From Octopus sinensis (Eukaryota): DNA of 64,000 bases. This document shows positions 26,318-38,798 of this stretch, piece after piece; the stretch's first letter is position 1; every line of letters begins with the position of its first letter. Under the pieces are notes generated by a model. The model saw nothing but the letters and a program-made list of their open reading frames with translations. It was not told the DNA's origin and ran no database searches. The stretch is taken from NCBI RefSeq assembly GCF_006345805.1, contig NC_042997.1, forward strand, positions 45,446,001-45,510,000. Direction: 5' to 3'. Both the position numbers and the translations under genes were made by a program.

Positions 26318-29300
26318 ACAAACCATTTGCTAGCTCACGATTAACAAAACCTCTTACTCAGCTACGGTGTTATATTAGCTATCAATAATGATATTCCCTC
26401 TGATTTTTCTGATTTTCAAACCTATTTATCTAATGTTTATTTATCGACAATGCCGTCCCCAGTCAAATTCCCTCACACCGCTATTGTCGTCACGTGTCCC
26501 TTGACCTCTCTCTCTAACTAACCGTATCTCTCTCTCGCTATGTCCCCCCTTCCCATAACCATCATCGCCATACATAAAAGAGCCATCGCATTTATCGTTA
26601 ACCCCACTCGCTTCAAAATATCTAAAGAATACGCACAGATCATGAATGGCTAAAAGTTAAGTGAATCGTCCAACCTTGCTACGACTACCTTCTTTCTTGC
26701 ACTTATCCTTATTCTTTCTCTATTCTTCAATTTCCATCTCATTGTATTGTCACTCATTCTTTCAGTATTCCCTCATTACCCTGTCTAGCTCAAACATTTT
26801 TTTCGTTTAGACTTGTCTCCAGGTTCATAGCCACTCTGATTTTTCAATTTTTCAATTTTTCGTTTAGTATTGTCTCCCGATTCATACAAACCCATTTGCT
26901 AGCTCACGATTAACAGAACCTCTTTACTCAGCTACGGTGCACCCGCCCTCCCACCCCCACCACGCATGCCGGAAGTTCCTATTCTCTTCCATTCGGGGTT
27001 GCTTCCCATGAAGACTGCAAATGCTCTCACCATCCATACCCCCCCTACCCCTAGTCTCGACCTATGTAAGGTAATGTTCATACAGTGCAAAATATGAAAG
27101 GCTAGCGTTATGCAGGTTGTACTGAAGGCTACTTTACTACTTCATTTCTTGCACATGAATTCTGCCAATGCGAGCTTTCTTTTCAGGTACACGAAGCTAC
27201 TGTCCACCGTCCCAGGGTCTCTAGAGCCATGCCTTCCACACCCTCAGGGTTGGCACCCTCAACGTTGGCACTCTGAAAGGTAGGTCTGGTGAGATAGTCG
27301 AGATGCTTGAACGGAGATGTGTGGATATATGTTGCATGCAAGAAATAAGGTGGAGAGGAGGATCAGCTAGGTTCCTCACAGGCAAGGAACGCAGGTACAA
27401 GATTTTCTGGGCAGGGAACACTGACGGGGTTGGTGGCGTGGGTATACTTATCGCTGAGAAATGGTAGATAAAGTAATTGAGGTAATCAGAGTAAGTGACA
27501 GAATACTTAAGATTAGATTAGTGCTTCATCATAGTTTAGCAACCATTATATCAGCCTATGCTCCTCAGTCGGGGCTACCCGATGGACAGAAAGACCGATT
27601 CTATGACACTCTACTGCAGACTACCTCATTGACGAACGACAGAGACCTTATCTTTGTGGCTGGTGACTTCAATGGTCACGTTGGACGACATGCTGGGGGC
27701 TTCCATGGCGTACATGGAGGCTATGGCTATGGCTCCCGCAACGAGGAGGGAACCAGGCTGCTGGAGTTCTGCGATGCAAATAATCTTATGATTTGCAACA
27801 CTAACTTCAGGAAACCTACCAGCCACCTAGTCACTTACCAATCGGGCCAACATACCAGCCAAATTGACTACATCCTTACAAGGCAAAGGGAGAGATGGCT
27901 GCTTATAAATGCCAAAACCTTCCCAGGTGAAGAATGTACCCCACAACATAGACTGGTAGTTAGTGACTTTAGGATCAGGACTAGGAGGACAACCAGAAGA
28001 CGACAAATATGGAGAAGAAGGATCTGGAAGCTTAAAGATCCTGCAAATGGACAGAGATTTAGGGACATATTACTTGAAACCTCTGACGAAGTAGAAGGGG
28101 ATAGAGCATCACAGGGGGTAGAAGACAGCTGGACGTTTCTAAGGGACAACCTGCTGAGAGCCACTGACCAGTGGCTGGTGCAAAGTCCCCTCTCGAACTA
28201 GAATAACGTGGTGGTGGAACAATATTGTAGACAGGGCTATTAGAGAAAAGAGACAGGCTTGGAAGGTCTGGAAAAATGGGGGTAGCAGGGGATTGTATCA
28301 GACTGCCAAAAGGGAAGCTAGGAGACAGGTTTATTTAGCCAGAGGGGAAGCAGATAAGAAAAAATTTGCCAATGTTCTGCGCCGTGAGGACCAAAGACTG
28401 GAGGTGTTTCGTGTTGCAAGACAGTGTGTGAGAGAGAATCGTGATGTGGTAGGAGAGAAGTGTGTTCGCATGGAAGATGGTTCACTTGCGCTAAATGAGG
28501 ATGCAAAGAGAGAGGTTTGGAGATGCCACTATGAAAGGTTGCTGAATGAAGAAAATGAATGGGATAAAGAGAGTCTGCCGAATGTTGACCCAACAGAGGG
28601 ACCAGCTATCCGAGTTGATAGTTCTGTGGTAGCTAAGGCAATTAGAAGCATGAAGACAGGGAAAGCCCCAGGCCCATCAGGAATCACTGCAGAGATGCTC
28701 AAAATGTCTGGTAGTGTCGGCTATAGCCTAGTCACCCATATAGTTAATCAGGTGATACACAAAGGGGTCATACCCAATGACTGGTGTAGCAGTATAATAG
28801 TCAACTGCTACAAAGGTAAAGGTGATGCCCTAGATACAAATAACTACAGAGGTATCAAGCTGTTGGACCAGGTGATGAAGGTTACGGAGAGGGTCATAGC
28901 CCAACTAATTAGAGAGAGAGTTAGTTTAGATGAGATGCAGTTTGGGTTTGTGCCAGGGAAAAGTACTACTGATGCTATATTCCTGGTAAGGCAGCTGCAG
29001 GAGAAATACCTAGCCAAAGATAAGCCCCTGTACCTGGCTTTTGTTGACATGGAGAAAGCCTTCGACAGGGTCCCCCGATCCCTTATCTGGTGGGCAATGA
29101 GAAAACTAGGGATAGATGAATGGTTAGTGAGAGCTGTGCGGGCCATGTATAGGGACGCCGCTAGTAGGGTGAGGGTTGGAAATGAGTACAGTGAAGAATT
29201 CCGGGTAGAGGTAGGGGTCCACCAAGGCTCAGTACTCAGCCCCCTCCTATTTATCATAGTCCTCCAGGCAATAACGGAGGAATTCAAGACAGGATGCCCT

Positions 29301-30864
29301 TGGGAGCTCCTCTATGCTGATGACCTTGCTCTAATTGCTGAGTCGCTATCAGAACTGGAGGAGAAGTTTCAGGTGTGGAAACAAGGATTAGAATCGAAGG
29401 GCCTCAGAGTCAATCTAGCTAAAACCAAAGTCGTAATCAGTAGGAAGGTAGACAAATCACAAACACCTTCAGGTAGATGGCCCTGCTCGATCTGTAGAAA
29501 AGGTGTAGGTAGAAACTCTATAAGATGCACCAAGTGTAAGCTATGGACACATAAGAGATGCAGCAATGTCAAAGGAAGGCTAACTAGGAAGATGGTTTTT
29601 GTATGTGGCAGATGCTCAGGAACAATAAACACTGAAAATGCTCTGAGACCAACTTCCGTCACTTTCCAGGGAGAAAAACTAGAAATAGTTGATAGTTTCC
29701 GTTACCTAGGACCAAGTCAGCAGCGGGGGTGGGTGTGCTGAAAGTGTAACTGCTAGAGTAAGAATAGCTTGGGCAAAGTTCAGAGAGCTCTTACCTCTGC
29801 TGGTGACAAAAGGCCTCTCGCACAGAGTGAAAGGCAGACTGTATGATGCGTGTGTACGAACAGCCATGCTACATGGCAGTGAAACATGGGCCGTGACTGC
29901 TGAGGATATGCGTAAGCTCGCTAGAAATGAAGCCAGTATGCTCCGATGGATGTGTAATGCCGGTACTCACACTCGGCAGAGTGTAAGTACCTTGAGAGAA
30001 AAGCTGGACCTAAGAAGCATCAGTTGTGGTGTGCAAGAGAGACGTTTGCGCTGGTATGGTCATGTGGCGAGAATGGATGAAGATAGTTGTGTGAAAAAGT
30101 GCCACACCCTAGCGGTTGAGGGAACCTGTGGAAGAGGCAGACCCAGGAAAACCTGGGACGAGGTGGTGAAGCACGACCTTCGAACTTTAGGTCTCACTGA
30201 GGAAATGACTAGAGACCGAGACCTCTGGAAGTGTGCTGTGCGCGAGAAGACCCGGCAGGACAAGTGAGTCCACAACCCGTGGCCTTCTACATGGGATGGA
30301 GCCAGCCTACGTATGCATACCTTCCCTTCTTGGGACACAAAACTCTACTTGTGAAGACGTGTTGAGGCAAGTGAGGATCAGAATCGAAATCGATCAATGG
30401 AAATGCGGATGTGCTACCAGTGCCGGTGGCATGTCGAAACTCTGCTTGTGAAGACCCATTGAGGCAAGTGAGGATCAGAATCGAAATCGATCAATGGAAA
30501 TTGCAGATGTGTTACCAGTGCCGGTGGCATGTAAGAGAACTTTCCGTTTCGCGACCGTTGCCAGCACCGCCCCGTTTCGTGTCCGTTGCCAGCCTCGCCT
30601 GGCCCTCGTGCCGGTGGCACATAAAAAGCACCATCCGTTCGTGGCCGTTTGCCAGCTCTGTCTGGCACCAGTGCGGGTGGCACGTAAAAAGCACCCACTA
30701 CACTCACGGAGTGGTTGGCGTTAGGAAGGGCATCCAGCCGTAGAAACACTGCCAGATTTGACTGGGCCTGATGAAGCCTTCTGGCTTCACAGACCCCAGT
30801 AGAACCGTCCAACCCATGCTAGCATGGAAAACGGACGCTAAATGATGATGATGATGATGATGAT
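26318..30864 (+). mobile_element. Near full-length RTE-clade non-LTR retrotransposon
   Basis: APE endonuclease plus RT, a structured 3'UTR and a (GAT)n tail. It is flanked on both sides by the same AT/CA microsatellite. The 5' boundary is inferred from the end of that microsatellite. Confidence 0.92.
27228..30267 (+). pseudogene. RTE ORF (APE endonuclease-RT), frameshifted
   Basis: TLNVGTL, CMQE, SAYAPQ, GDFNGHVG and SQIDYIL (endonuclease); NYRGIKLL, QFGF, FVDMEKAFDRV, GVHQGSVLSP and YADD at 29313-29324 (RT). Frameshifts at about 27463, 28171 and 29710; stop TGA at 30265-30267. Confidence 0.95.
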
Positions 30865-31311
30865 ATACATATATATTAATACACATATACATATTATACC
30901 ACATATACAATATATATACATATACATACATATATATGCATATCATATATATGCATATACATTATATGCATATACATATATATGCATATACATATTATAA
31001 TATACATATATATATATTACATATACATATATATAATAACATACATACATTACATATATACATATACATATATACATATTATATATAATATATATATATA
31101 TACATATATAATATACCTAAATATATATACAATATATATATACATTATATATATATATACATATATAATATACATAATTATATATATACATATATATATA
31201 CATATATATATACATATATATATATACATATATATATATACATATATATATAACATATATATATATACATATATATATATACATATATATATATACATAT
31301 ATATATATAAC

Positions 31312-31350
<39 letters not shown>
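30865..31350. repeat. Compound (TA)n/(TACA)n microsatellite
   Basis: Directly visible. Confidence 0.95.
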
Positions 31351-31352
<2 letters not shown>

Positions 31353-31375
31353 TATATATCTGTGTGTGTGAACAT

Positions 31376-31781
31376 AGGTGCAGAGTGTGGTAAGTAGCTT
31401 GCTAACCAGTCACATGGTTCCGGGTTCAGTCCCACTGTGTGGCATCTTGGGCAAGTGTCTTCTGCTATATTCCCAGGCCGACCAATGCCTTGTGAATGGA
31501 TTTGGTAGATGGAAACTGAAAGAAGCCTGTCGTATATATGTATATATATATATAGATGTGTGTGTATGTGTTTGTGTGTCTGTGTTTGTCTCCCTAGCAT
31601 TGCTTGACAACCGATGCTGGTGTGTTTACGTCCCCGTCACTTAGCGGTTCGGCAAAAGAGACCGATAGAATAAGTACTGGGCTTACAAAGAATAAGTCCC
31701 GGGGTCGAGTTGCTCGATTAAAGGCGGTGCTCCAGCATGGCCACAGTCAAATGACTGAAACAAGTAAAAGAGTAAAGAGTA
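31376..31781 (+). mobile_element. Family A SINE, full length
   Basis: Near-identical to 24479-24892. Confidence 0.92.
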
Positions 31782-33308
31782 TTGATTTGAATCAATGATG
31801 CAATATTGCATAGCTTTAAGATTTCGATGATGTGATTGTTTATCTTTAGAATAACATTATAAAGAAGATGCGAGAGGTCAAATCTGGTTAGTTTAAACAT
31901 AAAACAAGTAGAATATTTGGGCTTGGACATGGCCTTACTGTAAATAGTTACCAGTGGTCAATGAGGAAACTGCCTATCCTGTTTACCAAATTTACAAAAG
32001 GAGTATCTTTGATATTTGCTTTTTCTACTCATCTTTATTTCAAGCTAGTGAGTCAAAGTTATATTTATACAAGCAGATTAAAACATTTCTGAGTTTAAAA
32101 TTTTGCTTGGTGTTATTACAATTTGACATAAGATGCTGATGGGTCATTAAACTAGCAGTTAATAATGATCCATCAACATAGTGATAAGAATACAATATAT
32201 CAACTGGTCAAGGCAGTCATTGTATTCCAATAAGTCACTTTTGATAAAGAAATCATCTTTACCATCATTATTATACTTATCTTTATCCCACATGCTTTGC
32301 ATCTGCTTTTCTAATTAGTAAGGATAAAACATAAGCAGAGAACAGCCTTTTCCCCTTCCAACTTTTCTAATCAGATCAAAATATCTTCCCTCCCATATTT
32401 CTCAATCAGTCTTTCCTCTGTTTCTCATACCCCTCCAACTAATGACACATATTCATTCCCCCACCATACATCCTCCTTTATTTGCACCATATTATATATT
32501 CATACAATATAGTCATGTTTCTGGCCTGCACAGCCAATTGTCCTATAATACAAAGCAATATTCCAGGTTCACTTGCACTTAAAGTGTCCATCAAATTTAA
32601 TCTGTATCACTGAATATCTATAGCACTGGCTAATGAAAATACTTTTTTTAACATTTTATTAAGTCATTTATTTTTTTCTAAATTTATTTTAGCAGTACTA
32701 ATTTATGCCATTCCCCAGATTTTCTTTGTACAAGTTAGAATTAATCCCAGTAAGGTTTACTTAAATTTCCCTGCTCTTTCATACTTCCATTATTTTGGGA
32801 GTCGTGGATTTACAGAATCCAACTCTGTATGTTCTGCCTTCAAATCCGACAGGGGTCAACTCTGCCTTTCATCCCTTCAGGCTTGTTAAAATAAAGTACC
32901 AGTCTCAACTTATCAAAATTGCTAGCCTTGAGCCAAAGCTACAAAAATTATTTGAGAGTGGGTTAGCATGAGCACCACCCATTATTTTGAAGAGTTTTCA
33001 GTGGTCGCAAATGATCCCGTTGGTCACGAATGACCGTGGGATTGCACCTAGAAAGTTACCCTCCAAGGCACAAGTCCAGGCAAGGTTGTTTATAGAAGAC
33101 CAGCAGTTGTTCATACATACAAGCCTCCCCTCTCCACTCCACCAATGTTATCCAAAGGAAAGGCAATGACTGATACAGCTTGGCACCAGTGACCTAGCAA
33201 CTCACCTTCACATGTGCCTTCTCTACCTATCAAATATACAATGGTAAAAATGAAGTCTGTCTTTAATGTTTATCTTAAAATTATTTTAAACAACTGAATT
33301 ATAACATA

Positions 33309-33708
33309 CCAGCAGTATCGCCCAGCGTTGCTCAGGTTTGTAAGGGAAATAACTATATAAGCATTTTTAGAGATGTAAAGTATAATAGCCATCTCAATAT
33401 GGCTAACCACAAAGGGGGGGTGTTACTGTAGCTTTTTACGTTCTGAGATTTAATAATACATTTTTAGAGAGTTACTTCCCTTATATAATAGCAAAAAAAA
33501 TGCATTAAAAATGGGAAAAAATGATGGTAAATTTTGTTTAAATTGTAGACTCATTGTAGATGCGCGCTAATACCCAGAAGGGCTCGATATGAATCATGAC
33601 TATAAGATACCCGAATTTGGTTAAACTGCACCGCAAAATGTGGGAGTAGTTAGGAATCTAAATCGTAGGAGACAGACTCTCACACAACTTCAGTTTTATA
33701 AATAAAGA
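33309..33708 (-). mobile_element. Non-autonomous Helitron, same family as 21281-21670
   Basis: On the minus strand: a|TCTTTATTTATAAAAC ... gcgatactgCTGG|t (CTRR end). Highly similar to the 21.3-kb copy. Confidence 0.85.
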
Positions 33709-33979
33709 TGAATTAGAAGAGTATCAGACAAAATACCTTGTAGTATTTGGTTGCATCTAAGTTTTATATTGAAATCCTGCTAACATTAACTTTGCCTTTC
33801 ATTCTAGCTGGAGCAATAAAACAAAGTACCACCACCCTAACTACTAGGTCACATACCTTCACTACATACTTATTCATAGAATGTCAGTGTGGTAGTGGTA
33901 TGATAATGGTGAACATGCAGATGGTTATTTCAGTGTTGGAAACAGTGATGATAATAGAGATGTTGATGATGACATTGAT

Positions 33980-34410
33980 TTCAAAATTTGACACAAGGCC
34001 AGCAGTTTTAGGGGGAGGGGGCCAAGTTGATTAAATTGACCTCAGTGCTTAATTAGTACTTATTTTATCGACTCCAATGTGATGAAAGGCAAAGTCAACC
34101 TTTGCTGAATTTGAACTCAGAGTGTCAAAACACCAATACGTCGCTAAGCATCTGGTCCAGTCTTCTAATGATTCTGCCAGCTCATTGTGAATCGTGATGA
34201 TAATATTGATTTTAGATTTTGGCACAAGGCTAGCAATTTCAGGGGGGGGGGGTAGGGGGGGGAAGCTGATTATATCGCCCCAAGTAATCAACTGATACTT
34301 ATCTTTATCAACCTCAAGAGATGAAAGCAAAGTTGACCTCTGTGGAATTTGAACTCAGAATATCAAGACAGACGAACTGCCACAAAGCATGTTGCCTGGC
34401 ATGCTAATAA
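33980..34410 (-). mobile_element. Two family B SINEs in tandem
   Basis: Two gatgaaag(g)caaagt..acct..gaatttgaactcag copies. Confidence 0.8.
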
Positions 34411-35620
34411 TTCTGCCAGCCCACTGTCCATGTGATGATAATATTAATGAGAGTAACGGTGGTTGAATGGTAATGATGGTGTTGATAGCAGTAATAATGA
34501 TGGCGGTAGTTTTGGTAATGATAAGGATATTTAATTCAAATCTGCAAAAGTAATTACATTGCAAATATAACAGATTGATGCAGAAGGATGTTGGATGTGG
34601 ATCCGGTTAAAAAACATTGCAGTTTTAAGTCTTGAGAAGAAGAAAAGCAAAAAGCAACATAATCCTGTTACTATCATCTTTACTCATAAAGTAAAGATGA
34701 TGATAGTAACTTCACAGTAACATATCAGTGCTGGTGCTTAACTTTCTGCATCTGAATCTGGTCTCTACTGATTTCTAATATTGTCTTAAGGCCAAAGACT
34801 TTAGGGAAAGGAGACAGTCAATGAAATGGTAATGTTGACTTGGGCAGTATTTGAACTCAGGACATAAAGGGCCAGAGTTAAATATAAATTGGCATTTTCA
34901 CCACTCCAGTCAATCTCGAAAGAGATATGTAGATAAGAATGAAAACATATGTGCTAGACTAAATCCAAAGATTTCGGCTATAGCCATTTCCCTAGAGTAG
35001 CTTAGCAGTTACAGAATGGTAATTTGGAAGATGCAAATGATTATAATGAGTTTAGTGGAACTGCCTCAGAGCAATAATATTGCTGAGCTAATTTACAATT
35101 TTAAGGTGAATGAGAAATGAAAATATCATTAAATCTGGTCAGTTGGGATTATTGTTAGGAAAGTCAGGAGTTCCTTTTCTCGCTTGAAATTCACTGCTGC
35201 CTTACAACTAAAACAAAAAGAAATGATGAGGGACATCACCATCCCTTTCCTATAAATCAGAAACCATCATATTTAATTATGCAGCATTTTACAATAAAAT
35301 AATAATAATAATAATAAAACAAAACAAAACAAATCATTATTTGTGATTTGTGATTTGCAATTTTTACATAGTTCTAGAAGTTCTATTGGCTAATGAAGTT
35401 GTTGGATTGTTGTTTTCTTTTTTTTTTCTTTTAATGTTGATCTATAAAGAATGGGTTGTTTCCAAGACCTTTGCAGGTCCTCTCAGAATAGTGACATTGA
35501 TATAGTTGATACTCTTCATGAATGACTGTTGGGCAATATCTACAGAGAAAAAACGTGGGTGGCAAGAGAACTAAATGTTTTGTCTGGGTACTGGCAAAAG
35601 TAAAGGCATTGATGGACTAC

Positions 35621-35657
<37 letters not shown>

Positions 35658-35730
35658 CTCCATATATATGTATATTATTTTGGTCAAGTCAATCTCTTGC
35701 TGCTACAGTTTCAGGGAAGTTATAACTTGC

Positions 35731-35787
35731 CTTGAGGATCCTCCTCACACACAGGCAAAACTCAGGATAGCAACAGACTAACTTGAC
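35731..35787 (-). CDS. Exon of the minus-strand gene (VKLVCCYPEFCLC[VRRILK])
   Basis: Acceptor tatattttatttag. Only frame 0 is open. The donor is either GC-type AAG|gcaagt (35730) or gtgagg (35748), both phase 0. Confidence 0.6.
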
Positions 35788-35853
35788 CTAAATAAAATAT
35801 ATAATTAATCTCTATTATGTAGTGTGCTCATTCTTACAACAGTCAACACTAAG

Positions 35854-35886
<33 letters not shown>

Positions 35887-36112
35887 TTATGGCAAATTGA
35901 CAATACGTATTTCTGTTAGATGCTAAGAAAATGCTGGCTGTGAAGACAAAAACTGGGAGTTAAAGAGCTGAAATCTCGCCACTAATATTCCTACATCTCA
36001 CAACTGGAGACGCCAATGAAGGCAAAAATGATAATTCATACATATGTATTACAAGCTTCAAATTGTTTCTTTTAAGCAAGGTTTGTCATACTTCTTGCTT
36101 TAGTCAACAAAC

Positions 36113-36203
36113 CTGGAAAGAAAGTTCCTCAGTTAAGACTTCATGGTTAATTAAGAGTTTAGAATAAGTAGCCATAAAACACTTGCTTTCAAAATCTTTG
36201 TAA
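36113..36203 (-). CDS. Exon of the minus-strand gene (YKDFESKCFMATYSKLLINHEVLTEELSFQ)
   Basis: Strong acceptor ttcttgccctcctgccttcctgtttctag and donor CAG|gtttgt. Open in phase 2 to 0. Confidence 0.7.
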
Positions 36204-37473
36204 CTAGAAACAGGAAGGCAGGAGGGCAAGAAACATATGTAGTCATACACCCTGCTAGAAATAACAGCCATATCATGCTTGTACTGCATTCTACTACTGT
36301 CTTCAAGAAAGACATGAATATATAATCCTAAATGCTTTGTACCTTATACAAGGATGGGATGGTATGTTCACAATATGAATGTGCTTAATCATAGGTCTTG
36401 TCAATCAGAGATGACCTGGGGCTAAAGAAAAACATTCCCCCACCCCCAACACACATTTGTAGGTATTTGTAGAGACTATCCGACACATCTTGGAATATAA
36501 GAAATAAAATTGAAACAAAAGAGAACAAAGACCATGCCAGTGGTAATGATAGGAGTATCATCCCAGATGGTGAATCATAGACACTTCCAAAAACATAGAA
36601 AAATAGAATTAAGAATAAAATAAAAACCATAAATTAATTCTAACTTAATTCTTGAGCAACCATTCATAATGATTGACAGCTCTGTGGTGTTATTAAAAAA
36701 GTTGTCAAAAAAAAGAGGAAAAAATATTATTGTAATAATAATTTTATAAAAAATTTATCTCAAGAAATTACTCCATTTCCTTCACATATTGGTTGTAGAT
36801 AGATCTAAATATGATAACATTATACCTTTTCAGATATTAATGAGAGATAATGTGATACTGTTTCTTTTATAATATGTTCCGGTAAGATGAATTATCTTAT
36901 TCTGAAAGAATAATTATAAAAGGGGAAAAAAGAAAATAGAATGAGAAAAAAATACAAGAAAAAAAATCAGCAAATTTAGACAATCATTCTTTACTTTTAG
37001 ATAGAGAGATAATGAGAGAGAGAAGGATGAAGAGCATCTCTCTCTCTCTCTCTCCCTCTCTCTCTCTCTCTCAGCACATGCACACATGTATATTTATAAG
37101 GGTTTGGATGTGGAGTTCTTTGAGAAAGGGTTTAGTGGCTGGATGGTTTTCCTGTCGTCAACTCTTACCTAGTAACAAGTTAGGGATTTATTTTAATCTA
37201 CAGATGTCCTTTCTGAAAGTGCAAAGTGAATGGTTTTTATGTCAGCAAAAGAATATCAGCATTACCACTACTTCACTCAAGTAGTGACAAACATACATAC
37301 ATTAGGTCTCTTGGAGTTTCCATCTACCAAATTTCCTCACAAGGCATTGGGAGACTGAGAACTAAAGAAGACCATGCATTGAGATTGAACATGAAACTAT
37401 GAGATTAAAAAGTAAACAGCTTAGCCAAACAGCCAAGTCTGTAGTATGAACACACACACATACATACACACAT

Positions 37474-37775
37474 GTAGAGGCATATGGCCTAGTAGTTAGA
37501 GCAGTGGACTCGCAGTCGAGGGATTGCGGGTTCAAATCTCAGACTGGGCAATGTGTGTGTTTATGAGCGAAACACCTAAGCTCCATGCGGCTCCAGCAGA
37601 AGGTAATGGCGAACTTCTGCTAACTCTATCGCCACAACTTTCTCTCACTCTTTCCTCCTGCATCTTGCAGCTCACCTGTGATGGACTGGCGTCCCGTCCA
37701 GGTGGGGAACCTATACGCCAAGGAAACCGAGAAACCGGCCCTTATGAGCCAGGCATGGCTTGAGAAGGAACAAAC
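37474..37775 (+). mobile_element. Family D SINE head with a gatggactggcgtcccgtccagg tail
   Basis: Head homologous to 7412 and 61955; tail homologous to the SINE at 3631-3877. Confidence 0.85.
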
Positions 37776-38676
37776 AAACAAACACACACACATATGCATG
37801 CACACACACACACACACACACACGTAGTGAAAACAAAAAGTAGAAGGAAAGAAAATAAGAAAGATAGAGAGAAAAACCAATGTTTAAAGGTAAAAAATAC
37901 AGAAGTATCAAGGTAATAATGAATTTGCCCAGTTTGAAATTCTAGCTTATGTCAAACTCAAAGAAAAAGTTGTTAAAATTTTTACTTAAGAAACTCAGCA
38001 AAAAATAATTGAAGAATCTATAAATATCAATGCAAAATACTTTGGAAATAAAACAGTCTTGTTTGAATCGTTTTGCAAATCAGAAATAAAATCATGACTT
38101 TAAACCAGTAATGATAGCCAAAACATATGATAAACAACACTGAAGCTCTCAAGAAAGGTTTGAAAAAATAGTTGTTTAACATAACAATTGTCTTTTAAAC
38201 ACTTGCTTGAAACTCTTTCAAAACAAGAAAATAACTTTTTAAAGCCAATATAACAAAGTTGAAGTATGTCAGAATTATCTGCTGTAGTAGTAGTAGCAGA
38301 TTGAAAAACATGCAGGAAGATTAAAACTGATTGTTACCTCTACTCAAAGTATTTGAAGTGGGCTAATAAGACAGGAACCCACAAGCAAAATTGGATGTTG
38401 ATAATTTAAAATACAAAAGAGAGAAAAAAAAAACACTTTTAAAAATTAATCAACTTCAGCAGGCAATGTATGTCAAGTTCTTTGATATTTCAAAACATTT
38501 TTTTTATGATTGCAGATAAAATAGCAGATTTTTTCATATTTTTTTTTTTTCCTTTTGAAACATGAGTGTAACTTCAAGATTTTCAACCTCTACAAAAATG
38601 GATCTATAATGGAGTATAAATATTGAGAAAATATGAAGAAAAATATCACATAGCTTCTCTAAGTTTTAGAATAAAG

Positions 38677-38728
<52 letters not shown>

Positions 38729-38755
38729 CAATCAAAGCAATTAAGATTCAATTCT

Positions 38756-38798
<43 letters not shown>

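Noticed and set aside
27221-30338. Minus-strand ORFs overlapping the RTE
   Set aside because: Antisense shadows of the RT/endonuclease coding sequence.
30768-30800. CTGATGA followed by a small stem in the RTE 3'UTR (possible hammerhead)
   Set aside because: No GAAA follows stem II, and other copies read ctggtgca at this position.
36204-36315. Longer version of the 36-kb exon starting at 36254
   Set aside because: That acceptor lies in a degenerate dispersed repeat (cctgctagaaataacagcc, also near 19880, 55855 and 59010), and a much stronger acceptor exists at 36203.
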